Under the pieces are notes generated by a model, which saw only the letters and a list, made by a program, of their open reading frames with translations, did no database searches and was not told the DNA's origin. 64,000 nucleotides of DNA from Amoebidium appalachense (lineage: Eukaryota > Protista > Ichthyosporea), in contig CAVNZM010000001.1 in the NCBI GenBank assembly GCA_963693365.1, forward strand, positions 7,084,907-7,148,906. The letters run 5' to 3'. Every line of letters begins with the position of its first letter. The stretch's first letter is position 1. Made by a program: the position numbers and the translations under genes. Shown here in pieces: positions 1 through 12,203 of the stretch.

Positions 1-280
1 ATAGAACCAATAGGTGTTCCTTTTAGATATTTTATGCACTACCCCTTTCAGAACTGTGCTCGAAGAGGGTGTGCGGATGTCTGTGTGGGTGTGGGTGTGG
101 GCATAAGTGTGGTGAGTGTTGTATGGTTGGTTTGCGGTGTGTGGGTGTATGTGTGCGTGTGCGTGTGCGTGGGTGTGCGTGTGGGTGTGGGGCTGGGTGT
201 CGGTGTGCAAGGGCTATATTTGAGAATAATGTGTGGTCAGAACAACAAAAATTCTCGTGCTGACAGTGGTGGTTGTGTAG

Positions 281-540
281 GGACATACTTCGAAGGATGT
301 CTGAGATGGGGTTGGACATTGAGCAGTTTCGAAGGGACCTTGGCGGCAACATACACAGGTGGGTGTGTGTGGGGGGGGGGTGTGGGGGGGTGGGCCGTGC
401 CGCTATCTGTGTGTGTGTATCTGTTTGTACTTGCGCGTGTGCGTGTGAATGTGTGTGTGTAGCACAGGGCAAGGCCGGCAAGCACACACACACACACACA
501 CACACGCGCGCGCAAAATCCTTTTGCCTCCTTCCCTCCTC

Positions 541-575
<35 letters not shown>

Positions 576-1464
576 TCCCCTCTCTTACTCTCTCTCTCTC
601 TCTTCCTCACTCTCGCTTCTCTCTTTCTCTCTCTCTCTCTAATATATATATATATATATCCTCCTCCCCCCCCCCTCCCCCCTCCCCCCTCCCCCCCCCC
701 TTCCTCCCCCCCCCCTCCCCCCCCTCGCTCTTCTCCCTCTCCTTGCCCATGCTTGCTTTGATTGTGTTTGTGGGTATGTTTGAGTGTGCGTGTATGTATG
801 TCGGCCCAAGCACCCTTACGTGCCCACTTGTGTGTTTAAGGGGATGAGGCCAGCGTGGAGAGAGTGAGACAAGAAGCAAAGGGTAGGACTGAGCGATACA
901 GGAAAGTCATGGTAAATGCACGGAGAAAGGGAGAGCTGAGACAGAAGTTGCACGGATAAGGTGTTTATGAAATGTGTTGTGTCTGCATGAGGAAAGGAGT
1001 CGTGGGTGTGGCAGCGGAAGTGGGGAAATGTGGGCTGTCAATGTTCGTTTTCAAGTTTTTTTTGGATCCATCCAGCAGCAGCCAAAAGCAGGGAGAATTG
1101 GGATGTCTACCTTTCCTTCTTTCTTTTTTCTTTCTTTGGTTCTTCTTTTTGTGTGTGTGTGTGTGTGTGTGTGCATATGTGTGAGTCGGGTGGGCGGGGG
1201 AGGGGGGGGGGGGGGGGTAGAGTAGAGGGGAGGGGGGGGGGGGGGCTATATAGACAAGTCCTGGGATATTATACCATGTTCCTGCCGCCAACAATAACCG
1301 TTCACGGGCCATTCATTTATGCCACATCATAGAACGCTGTGTTCTTCTCTAACTGCCTGTGTGATTACAGTCATGCGGTGGCCACGTACCATCTCCTCCG
1401 AACGCAGAAAATAAGAAACAGGAGAGGGAGCGCAGGCGATGACGTATCGATGCGCACAACTCAG

Positions 1465-1503
<39 letters not shown>

Positions 1504-3545
1504 GCACAGTCGAAATTCTGTCCTGAAACATCATGACAATAATACGATCTTGGTATGGCAGCTTATCCCTCTTTGAATCCGTGGGCAGCCGCCGTCTTTA
1601 CTAAGTGTCGCCCCTTCCTGCCATATGCACAACACGCACCCAACACACACACCGTACCACAAGCTTCTGTGCTTCTACTGCGTCGCTTCCAAAAACGTTT
1701 CGTAGTCACCACAATGGATAAAGCTAGCAACACGTTCGTGATCGTCTGCAAAAAACACTACGTTAGCAGCATTACAGCCGAACTGCATGCACCTGCCGCA
1801 ACATACACCGTCTGCAACACTGCACCAAAAGACATTGTTGCACAACACCTTGCATTTCTCAAAACACATGACATAAAAGGCACACCAGGACGTCGCACTG
1901 CACGCTTGCCCACATTTCAGGCCATAGTTAAAATGCACAAAACACCACCCACCTTCCGTTTCATTGCCAACTCCTCTGCCACATCACTTGAACCTCTCTC
2001 CCGCCTTCTCACTAGTGTGTTTAAGTTCGTCTCCCCTGATGTCGAACGTATGTGGTGTGATGTTGTCAAACCCCACCTGCCACACAACACTAGCTCTTGG
2101 ATTCTCACGGATAGCACCGCACTCACACACACAATCAACGCCCTTAACCGTACCACACGCCAACACGAAAATACGCCCGTGTCTGTGTTTGATTTTTCCA
2201 CACTCTACACCAAGATTGACTTGCATGATTTGAAAGCTCGCCTCACTACACTGATTGACGCAATATTTGTCAAAAAATGCACGGACGCTCGCAAACCACA
2301 CATGTTTATTAAGAAAACCGGCTCCACGTTGTCCTGGGTGGATCGTGTAGATGATGATTCCCAGGATGATTCCTTTGAGCCTAAAGAACACTCTCTACAT
2401 CTCTCTAAGGCACAGCTTGTGGATTTTCTATGTTTCCTCGTAGATAACATATATGTTGTGTTTGGCGATACCCTCTACAAACAGGACATTGGTATCCCCA
2501 TGGGTACAAACTGTGCTGTTTTCTTGGCTAATTTCTATCTCTTTACTTATGAGTTGGATTTTGTTCGCAAGCTTATTGCACACGAACGCATTGATGTCTT
2601 GGTAGATTTTCAGTTTACTCGCCGCTACATAGATGATTTGATCTCCCTTCATAATCCTCGCATTCTCTCCCACCTCTATTTAGAAGATTGTGATTTCGGT
2701 CTATATCCCAAGACCAGCCTTCAACTCAACCCTGCCGGTTCCTCCCCCTCTGTCCCCTACCTCGACTTGCATATCACCTGCACTAATCACGGCATTCACA
2801 CAACCATCTACAACAAGCTCGACACACCCACGTTCAATACACTAGACATCGTTCGTTTCCCACATCACGACTCATTCATCTCCCGCACTGCAAAATACGG
2901 CATCATGACAAGTCAAATGCATAGCTACCAGCGCAAATGCTCCACACTTGCTGCATTCACCACATGCACTGCACGACTTGCTAAAACATTGCTTAACAAA
3001 GGCTACTCGTTTAGACTCTTGCACCACAAAATGCACAGCTTTCTCGCCACACACCCGCACATATACCGTGGCGTTCACTCCTCTCACATACTCTCCATCA
3101 TCACTAAAAAGATCAACACTCCCTAGTCCCCCACTCTATCCCGGTTCCCCCCCCCCCCCCCCCCCCCCCCCCTCCCCCCCCTACCAGCCCCTACACCTCC
3201 CCCCCCCCCCCCCCTCCCCCCCCCCTCCCTCTCTCTCTCCCCTCGCTCTCTCCCTCTCCCTCTCTCTCCCTCCCTCTCTCTCTCTCTGTCTCCCTCTCTC
3301 GCTCTCTTTCGTTCTCTCTCGTTCTCTCCCTCCCTCTCTCTCTCTCTCCCTCTCCCCCTCTCTCCCCCTCCTCCCCCCCCCCTTCCCCCTCCCCCCCCCC
3401 CCCCCCCCCCCCCCCCCTCTCTCTCTCCCCCCGCTCCTTTTCCCAAACAATTCCCCCGCCGTTCTTCTTTCTCAGCCGGCTAGGTTTTTTGGGTTGCCTG
3501 GTAAGTTTTGAAATGGAGGTCTCGTCTCTGATCTGTCCACCACAG

Positions 3546-3594
<49 letters not shown>

Positions 3595-3635
3595 CTTTCC
3601 CTCCCTCCCTCCCCTCCCTTCCCTCCCCCCCCCTT

Positions 3636-3668
<33 letters not shown>

Positions 3669-4188
3669 CCCCCTTCTCCTCCCCCCCCCCCCCCCCTTCC
3701 CCTCCTACCTTCTTTTTCCCCCCCCCCTTCCCCCCCCCCCCCCCCCCCCTGGCCAAACCCTGTATACACTCTTCTCATCAGCAGGTCTCTAACCCACTCT
3801 GCAGAACGTTTTACGCATTTCTCCCCTCGGAGAACTTGGTCGTTGGTGCGTTTTTGTCTGACATCTAACGACTCTGCAGGGTCCCCTGAGACTACTGACA
3901 CTCTAACATTCCCTCCCCTCTCTTACTTCCCCCCCCCCCCCCTCCCCCTTTCCCTCCTCCTTCCCCTCCCATTTTCTCTGCACACCCAACAGGTCTTAAC
4001 CAGATCTGCACATCGTTAGTCACAATCTTCTCACATATATGAGAGAATGATCGTATTGGTACGATTTGTCTAATATCTGACGATTCTGCAGCATCCCTAA
4101 GACCCCCCTCCCCCTCCCCTCCCCTCCCCCCCCCCCCCCCCCCCCCTTCTCTCTCTCTCTCTCTCCCTCTCTCCTCTCCTCTCTCTCT

Positions 4189-4281
<93 letters not shown>

Positions 4282-4286
4282 TTCCT

Positions 4287-4329
<43 letters not shown>

Positions 4330-4390
4330 GCGCCTGTTGTTTTGCTTGTCATTTGTTGTTCTGGTTGATTACCTGTAATCTTCGCTTATT

Positions 4391-4425
<35 letters not shown>

Positions 4426-5378
4426 TGTGCGGGGTTGCACATACCGGTGTCTACTTTTCTTCTTACTGTTTTTCTCTCCACACACTTCATCTGTCCACTT
4501 CTGCATACCCCCTTTCATAGCTATAGACACACTTCACACATTGCGTTACGCGCACGCATGCACACACCGCTCTGTTGGCGACAGCTCCCTTGGAACCCAT
4601 GCGGCATGTTACCCGCCGGCGTAACATAACTCGGACTATCAGTTTGGCTTTTTTCAAGCCCAAAGCAATGGGTGATACCATATTTCCGGCTGACATCCGG
4701 GGGCATAGCTTTCCGTTCGAAGACGATAAAGTTCCGCCCTAGTAAGCGTGTTACTACCCTGCGGCGTGGGTCAAATCTCATATTTTCCCCTCTGATTACG
4801 AATTCTGTGGCCTTCGGGACTTAATTCTTTTCAGCTGGTGTAGTATGTTAGCCAGGGAAGTATCGACTTAGGTATCGACGGGGGAGCTTCCTAGAAGCCC
4901 CGTCTCCTGAGTTCCTATCTATATTTTTCTTGCTTCTGCTTACTGCTGCAACTTTAACCCCCGGCCTTTCCCACTGCCCTTGCCTGCATAAGCAACCCTG
5001 CTCGTCTCTGATCAAGACGGGTGACCTACTCATGTTCAAGTGAAACAGTATCTGAGTTGGGTTTCGTTAACGAGGGGAATAGGTCGAAACTCGGGTACTG
5101 TGGATGACGTGGGCCCCCCCTGAGGATGGGCTCTGCTTATTATGCATACTCTTTATGTATGGCTTGCATTCTGCATCGTGTTATCCGTTTGTTCTTGTGT
5201 ACTTCGTACTTTTTGACGCATTCAAAACCCCCCCCCCCCCCCACATACACACACACACACACACACATACACATACACAAACATACACATACACATACAC
5301 ATACACGCACACACTTACACACATACACATACACATACACATACATATACAAACACACACACATGCATACGCATACGC

Positions 5379-5415
<37 letters not shown>

Positions 5416-5573
5416 TTACACACATACACATACACTTACACACACACACACACACACACACATACCTCCTGGGTCTTGATTGATTTCTCAGATTTTATCT
5501 TGTATGTGTTTGCTTTTGCATTCTGCTTACGCTGGTATCTCTGTGCTTCGTACTGTGTATTCTCTCTCTCTCT

Positions 5574-5605
<32 letters not shown>

Positions 5606-5804
5606 TGTATTCTCTCTCTCTCTCTCTCTCCCCCGCTTATGACGCATACTGTGCGCATGGCTGATGCTGCATACTTGAATGTTTGCCTTTGCATGTGTCC
5701 TGCACCATGCTTCTCATCGTGTATGCGTACTTCGTACTGTGTTCCGCATTCAAACCCCCCCCCCCCCCCCCCCCCCCCCCGCCCCCCAACACACACACAC
5801 ACAT

Positions 5805-5847
<43 letters not shown>

Positions 5848-5957
5848 AAAAAAAAAAAACCTAAACCCTAAAAAAAGCACACTTCCCGACCTCCTCTGGT
5901 TTTGTTGTAGAGACAGGCAGAGTCAGGGATGGGGAGGAGGGACCCGCCCCTCTCTCC

Positions 5958-5988
<31 letters not shown>

Positions 5989-6002
5989 TCTCCTCTACCC
6001 CC

Positions 6003-6053
<51 letters not shown>

Positions 6054-8225
6054 GGCCACGAGTAAAGATGATGACAGAAGCAAAACAGCTCAATCTCTCG
6101 CTGTTGTCTGCCAGTGGCCATGCAGTGACTAACATTTCACACACCCAACAGGGCAAATATGACCCGACCCAGCCAGGGATGTCACGTGATAATCCCGACG
6201 GCCCACCAATCGTTCGCAGTCTGTCTTGTGAGGCACTGGGCGTTAGTCCTCAAAATGCGGCCGCTCTGGCTGCTTTGGACGGGTGTGTGCACGTGTTGAT
6301 GCACCTTTTGTGGGTGTGGGTGTGTGTGTGTGTGTTGGGAGGGGGATGAGAAATATGGGCTGGTACGTGCAACCATCGACTACGTGGCATGGGCACACAT
6401 GTGTGTTGGTTGCTTTTCTGCCTGCCCGCCTGCCCGCCTGCCTGCCCGCCTGTCTGCCTACTGCCTGTGTGCGCGCCCCTTTGTGTGCATGCACATACGT
6501 CTTTATGTGCCTGGGCATCTAATCACACTGGTGTTTTTGGTGCTAATGAGTACCTTTGGTTTTGTCGTCGTGGTGTGCGGCGTGTGTGTTTTTTTGTGTG
6601 TGTATTTGTGTGTGTGTGTGTGTGTTTGGGGGGGGGGGGGGGGGGGCTCATGTTCATTGGAGTGGGTGGGTGGTTGCGTATGCTTGTGTGGGCGCCCATG
6701 TGCGTGAATCTGGGTTTTTTTTTTGTTTTTTTTGGGGGGGGGGGGGAGGGGGGGGGGGAGCTCCATTTTCATGTTCTCTTGGTCTTTTTGTTCACGATAT
6801 AGACTAAAGGGGTTCCCCTTTTTGTGTGTTTGCGTGGAGGGGGTGGGGGGGTGGGGGGGATGGGTTGTGTTTGCCACTCGGAAGTTACGCACCACGGTTG
6901 GGTTTCTGGTGTTGTGCCTCTATTTTCCGTCTAATGCTTTTGCTTTTTTCCCTGCTCGCCCGTAGCGGTTTCCCTTTCTCCTTTTTTTTCTTTTTCTTTT
7001 TCTTTTTTTGGGCCTCTATCTGACGTTCACTGCGCAGGACTTTGAGAGGTGGTGTTGGTGACGTGCACTCTCTGCTTGTGCCCCAGTCTCTCAGTACCTT
7101 CTCTGCCCCAATCCACGTCACACAACCACCATCACAGGTCTCCCCCCCCCCCCCCCCCCCTCTCTCTCCCCCTCCCCCCCCCCCCCCCCCCCCCCCCCCT
7201 CACACACACACACACTAACACTAACACACATTGACACACACGCACGCACACACACACACACACATACACACACACACACACTCACTCACTCACTCACCAC
7301 ACACCACCCCTCCCCTCCCCCTCCCCCTTTCCCTCAGAAAAGTTATATATTTGGGGGTATTCCCGAAAGGCAAAATGGAAAAGAAGCGGACGGTGGGAAG
7401 AAGGGAGGGGGGGGGGGGGGGGGAGGCAGAGAGGGAGTGCGTGATTAAGAGGGGAAGGTGGGGGGGGGGGGGGAGGGAGAATGAAAGGAGGCAAGGTGGA
7501 GACGAGAGAGGGGGAAAGAGGGAGAGAGATAGAATAAGGAATGGTCAGTACACACGTGCACTCTGAAATTCGGAAGGCCCTGCAATACATTGCACATATA
7601 CCCAGGGGTGCACACAGTCATGGAGGGATAAGTAGCAATCCCAACGTCTGTTGGTCAGCAACCTAGTGAAATTGCAGTACATATTAAGCACTTTAGACAT
7701 TGCACATGCACACACGAATACACACGAACACACAAAAGCGTGAGAAATAATCCCGGGGGAAGGGGGGGGGGGAGGGGGAGGGGAGAAAGGGAGGGGAGGG
7801 GGGGGGGGGGGGGGGGGGAGTCAATGAGTTGGAGAGACGATGAAGGCAACTCTCGTGAATGTACGTCTTTGTGTGTCTTGCGTTGGTGTTTGTGGATAAA
7901 CGCGATAAAACTAGAAGCCAAGAAGTGCAAACATGCGATAAGTGTATTCCAAACGGTTGTGTTCTGCATCTGAGACATCTATGTATAATGGGAATATGTA
8001 TAAGAAAGGTTCATTATCGAGTACTATCATGATGTAGTGAACACAACCAGCAACACACACCCAGGGAGGGGGGAGGAGCAGAGGAGGAGGGGGGGAGGGG
8101 GAGGGGGGTGGGGGCTGGCATGTGACACGTGTATTCTTGCACACAACTGTCTCACTGCATTGAAGGGGAATGGGAACTCATCTACACCCACATGTGTGTG
8201 TAAGGGTGCCGGTGTGTACCCCCAA

Positions 8226-8297
<72 letters not shown>

Positions 8298-8335
8298 GGG
8301 AAATGAAGACGACAAGCAGAAGCTCGAGAACCAGG

Positions 8336-8381
<46 letters not shown>

Positions 8382-9119
8382 CACAGCCGCAAATGTTCCC
8401 ATCAGTGCGTTCACGGAGTGTACCCAATGCAGCCCTGACGTCAACAGGGCACAGGGCTAATGATGGAGGAAGAAGCAGGTGGGTTCTATGTTTCCTCTTA
8501 AAGGGGGTTTCTTTTAGGAATCCGGGTCAGGTCAGACCCGGAATGGATTTATGCTTTATGATTGGCGAGGTGCGCATCAAGCAGGACTTTGGCCTAACCC
8601 GAAAAGGCCTATAAGAATCTGTCCAAACGAAACACACTTTAAGGGGAGCAAAGATTGTTCCGTGTGTCCCGTGGTTGGAGAGGGTGTTGGTGGAGGCCTG
8701 TGTGAGTGCGTGAATGTGTGGGTGGGTCTGTGTGGGTAGCTGGGTGCATGTGCGTATTTGAGCGAGTGTGGATACTTATATGTGTTGGTATGGATACATG
8801 CATACATCTACATTCCAAGTACACCCTTCCTTCCTGCCACTCCGTCCTTTGTCCCTCCGCCCCCCCTTCCTGCACGTCCTTACCCCCCATCCCAAAAAAG
8901 AAACACACACACAAAAACCAGACACACTAACACTCACAGTCACATTCACACTCACACTTACACTCACACTTACACTCACACTCACACTCACACTCACACT
9001 CCTACTGCACTCACAAACATACTCACAATCCCACCTCCCCCCCACCCACCCCCCCCCCCTCCCACCACCACCACCACCACCACCACCATTGTCCCCCCTC
9101 CCCCCCCCCTCCCCCCTCC

Positions 9120-9180
<61 letters not shown>

Positions 9181-9643
9181 ACACATGCCCACAACCCCCC
9201 CCCCCCCCCCCCCCCCCTTCCACCCCCTCCCCTCACACACACACACGCAGGAGCTCGACCACAGGCACCGTTAAGAGCGGTATTGGGGGAGGCATCAAAG
9301 AGGACACGGGGGAGTCACCAGCACCCCTCGGCAGCCACAGCACAAACGTGCACATAATTGCTGAGGAGGCAGAGGATGAGCAGGATGGTGATGGCTCTAG
9401 CACCCTGTTTTCCCTGCTGCCTAACTGGTATGTAGGGAAGAGGGGGGTTCTACTTGAAAGTTTAGGGGGGAAAGCAGTTGGTTTACACGCTCTATATATG
9501 CAGGCGCAGAATATGGGTCCAGCCCCTGGTTTTCCCTGCTAAAAAACTGATGTGTGTGTGTGGATGGGTGGGTGGGTGGGTGGGTATAATGCATAAATCC
9601 TGCCTACACGCCTCCCAAATTCCATATCTTCAACTAAATACCC

Positions 9644-9674
<31 letters not shown>

Positions 9675-9765
9675 AAAACCGTTTTGATGCCATCCCCCCC
9701 CCCCCCCCCCCCCACCAAAAAAAAAAGAAAATCAATCTCCCCCCCCCCCTCCCCCCCCTTCCCGC

Positions 9766-9848
<83 letters not shown>

Positions 9849-11058
9849 AGTGTAGGGTGGCACGTAGCACAGGAATGATGTGTTTGCGCAGTCAGCCGTG
9901 TATACAGGAGAGTAAGGATGTGTCTCTTTTCCCCTTGGTTCCAGATCGGTATTTTCATCTTTAGTCCTGTAAACGGCCACTTGCCGCGCAATATAAAACC
10001 TCGCAAGCCTATCTCTTTTCTGGTCCTTGGCTTGATGCTCGCATGGCGCATGCACAAGACGCCAAACCAAAGATTCTATGTAGAGACAGCCTGCTCATCC
10101 CAGCCATAAATCAACAACATACTATGTGGTGTTACATGCATCATACACAGACCCCCAAAAGTTTTTTTGCCGGCCATTAAATGCATATTCCGTTTCTCCA
10201 TGTGCTGCTCACATATTTACAATATTCACATGTTACTTGATATAAATTATTCGTTTTTCATATTTGCTCACAGACCCCAAAAAATTTTCTTTCTACTTAC
10301 AAAAGACACACCCTTGCTCACTTTGCAGGCGAAGCCCCACCAACGCAAAGCCCGAAAGCCCCGGACATGGAGGGTCATATGGTGCGGAGGGGGAGGCAGG
10401 GGGGGGGGGGGGGGGGGATGGGGAAATGAGGATGGAGCCCACGGGTAAGATGACGGAGAGAGAGGAGGTGGTGGGGGAGCAGATGGATGATACACAGGAG
10501 GAGGGGGCACCGGCCGGAGGGGTGTGGTGGAGGGTGTGCTGTTGCTTTATTTAGTAATGGGTGATTGCCTTTTTTGGATGGGGTGGGTGGGTGGGTGGGC
10601 GAATCACAAGGGGGTGTGATGGTGTATGTGTGTGTGTTAGGGGAGGGGAGGGGGAGGGGGAGAGAGGGGGAGGGGGGGGGGGGGGGGGGGTATTAGTCTG
10701 GAAACTGCGCATTATGTTTATCATCTGCACCGTGCTTCCTTCGGTTCTTTTTTTTTTTTTTTTTTGTTAGTATAATAACATGCACGCGCGTACTCGCTCT
10801 CGCTCCACATAATGGTTCGATTAGTGTAATCGTTGTGTGGATGCATCTATCCCCTTGTTTTTCTGTCAGTTGTTCCTGTGCAGGCATCCACACGTAGACA
10901 TGTCGTGCTGGTGAGATGGCTTTTCACCTTGCTCATTTGTCCATATCCTTCCCCCCGTCCTTCCCCCCCCCCCCCCCCCCCCCTCTTTCTCTGTCTCCCC
11001 CCTCCCCCCCCCCCCCCCCCCCCATCCCTCCCTCAGCAATTTCCGCGTAACCAAATAA
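281..11058 (+). CDS. 3' portion of a spliced gene: UBA domain and disordered tail, probably an AMPK/MARK/SNF1-related (CAMKL) Ser/Thr kinase; the kinase domain would lie upstream of the window
   Basis: Eight GT-AG exons with consistent phases: 281-358, 1371-1464, 6152-6282, 7038-7137, 8381-8478, 9251-9427, 10884-10910, 11037-11058 (TAA). The first two join as DILRRMSEMGLDIEQFRRDLGGNIHSHAVATYHLL, which fits the kinase-associated UBA pattern (MG...ATYxLL). The protein ends WHPHVDMSCCNFRVTK*. The kinase assignment is inferred from the UBA type only. Confidence 0.72.
1555..3126 (+). CDS. Penelope-like element (PLE) reverse transcriptase, RT plus thumb only, Naiad/Chlamys-like; no GIY-YIG endonuclease in the ORF
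   Basis: Uninterrupted, intronless 523-aa ORF. Motifs: N-terminal DKASN, VKMHK/FRFI, FDFSTLYT, YKQDIGIPMGTNCAVFLANFYL, RYIDD, YLDL, and a thumb segment IYNK...IVRFPHHDSFI...YGIMTSQ. The stop codon follows the thumb directly. Confidence 0.92.
   Translation: MAAYPSLNPWAAAVFTKCRPFLPYAQHAPNTHTVPQASVLLLRRFQKRFVVTTMDKASNTFVIVCKKHYVSSITAELHAPAATYTVCNTAPKDIVAQHLAFLKTHDIKGTPGRRTARLPTFQAIVKMHKTPPTFRFIANSSATSLEPLSRLLTSVFKFVSPDVERMWCDVVKPHLPHNTSSWILTDSTALTHTINALNRTTRQHENTPVSVFDFSTLYTKIDLHDLKARLTTLIDAIFVKKCTDARKPHMFIKKTGSTLSWVDRVDDDSQDDSFEPKEHSLHLSKAQLVDFLCFLVDNIYVVFGDTLYKQDIGIPMGTNCAVFLANFYLFTYELDFVRKLIAHERIDVLVDFQFTRRYIDDLISLHNPRILSHLYLEDCDFGLYPKTSLQLNPAGSSPSVPYLDLHITCTNHGIHTTIYNKLDTPTFNTLDIVRFPHHDSFISRTAKYGIMTSQMHSYQRKCSTLAAFTTCTARLAKTLLNKGYSFRLLHHKMHSFLATHPHIYRGVHSSHILSIITKKINTP
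3784..4104 (+). repeat. Two diverged ~110-nt units with a conserved long hairpin (candidate structured RNA)
   Basis: Unit A is 3784-3893 and unit B is 3992-4104. Terminal stems: GGTCTC/GAGACT and GGTCTTA/TAAGACC. Both have inner CTGCA/TGCAG and CGTT/AACG-type stems and a TTCTC...GAGAA hairpin with different loops. Confidence 0.65.
4993..5227 (+). mobile_element. Diverged long copy of the poly-C-associated non-autonomous retro-repeat family
   Basis: Alignable by eye to 55876-56136 (CAACCCTGCTCGTC..GATCAAGACGGGT, GGTCGAAACTC, CCCTGAGGATGGGCTCTGCTTAT, GTACTTCGTAC, CGCATTCAAA then poly-C). Confidence 0.75.
5635..5754 (+). mobile_element. 5'-truncated copy of the poly-C-associated retro-repeat
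   Basis: GCTTATGACGCATACTGTGCGCATGGCTGATG...GTTCCGCATTCAAA followed by poly-C; near-identical to 41355-41474. Confidence 0.85.
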
Positions 11059-11657
11059 GTGCCCTTAGCATTCTCGATGAGAACTATTACATTTACTAGC
11101 TTTATATGCACCCTATGAAACACGCGCTAGATGTCGACCCATCCAAATGTTGTATTTGCACACGCATCATCCTTAGTTTGTACTCGTGAGATGCAATCTG
11201 GGGTACACTTACACGTAAAACGTGGTTACCATATAGTGATTCCGTTACAGCTAGCAAGTTCTAGTTTGATTGGTTTCTAGTACGCCCATATCACCTTACG
11301 GTAAGCACTCCACATAAGTCTTCTTCTTTAAACAGCACATGATATTTGTTAGATTGATCTACGCGACTTCATAATCTGCAACTCATCTACGCTATTTTCA
11401 TTGGGAATTGATAATCCTTTCGTAGCTGTTAGTACTCCTGTAATTTGTCGTAATTTGTCCATTGGTACTCGAGAATAGAAGTTGTCCCGGCTTTCTGGTG
11501 ATAGTCTGGTGCAGTAGCGAATGAATGACCCAATGCATGTATGATATTAATTTTTAGCGCAGAGCCCTTTTGGCTGATTTATAGTCGCCTAATGGCCTGC
11601 CTGCTGTAATATTCTGTGCCCAGTGCACAATAAAAAGACTTTCCAGGCCCTTTTTCT

Positions 11658-11691
<34 letters not shown>

Positions 11692-11851
11692 ACGCACACA
11701 CACACACACATGTACACACACTCCTACATCACTCTCTGGCGCGCTCTCTCTCTCTCTTCTCACTGGGAACGATGGGTTCTAGATCTGCTAGCATATGGTG
11801 CATACTACCCCACGTGACCTCCACTTTCTAAGTTGCTCTTTTGTGTGTCGT

Positions 11852-11970
11852 AGCTGATATGGCGTGCTGAACATTTGCTTTTGCATGTGTACACATGTCC
11901 AACACCGTGTTTAAGGTCCCCGAGTAGCTTTGGTTATACGTACTTCATACTGTGTTCCACATTTTGATAA
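11852..11970 (+). mobile_element. Old diverged copy of the same retro-repeat family
   Basis: GCTGAT...TTTGCTTTTGCATGTGT...TACGTACTTCATACTGTGTTCCACATT followed by poly-C at about 11972. Confidence 0.55.
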
Positions 11971-12169
11971 TCCCCCCCCCCCCCACCACCACCACCACCA
12001 CCACCACCACCACCACCACCACCACCACACACACACGTGCACACAAGCGCGCGCACGCACGCACGTAGGGCCTCGCAGTGCAAAAAAAAGTTTGTCAAGT
12101 TACCATATACTGTATATGGACAATCCGATTGAAACGGATTCGATCTGGACCGATCATTAAAAACGTGCC

Positions 12170-12203
<34 letters not shown>

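Larger units (their letters stand above)
1502..5754 (+). mobile_element. Composite PLE insertion cluster (probably 5'-truncated RT element plus downstream structured repeats and tandem 3'-end copies) inside intron 1465-6151 of the kinase gene
   Basis: Starts immediately after the poly-C tract 1467-1501 that follows the splice donor. The RT ORF is followed by poly-C, then non-microsatellite blocks at about 3751-4104, 4420-5227, 5465-5560 and 5635-5754, each separated by poly-C or microsatellite. Whether all blocks belong to one element is uncertain. Confidence 0.55.

Noticed and set aside
841-959. Exon-like segment DEASVERVRQEAKG...
   Set aside because: Its phase is incompatible with the UBA-encoding join of 281-358 to 1371-1464, which is complete without it.
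5001-5110. 5S rRNA-derived SINE head (CTCGTC..TGATC, GGTCG, GTACT.TGGATG)
   Set aside because: Matches are short and the spacing is incompatible with 5S rRNA.
5080-5133. Canonical hammerhead ribozyme (CGAAAC and CTGAGGA present)
   Set aside because: The order is permuted and I could not build stem III with a UH cleavage site plus stem I in any copy; kept only as an unclassified structure.
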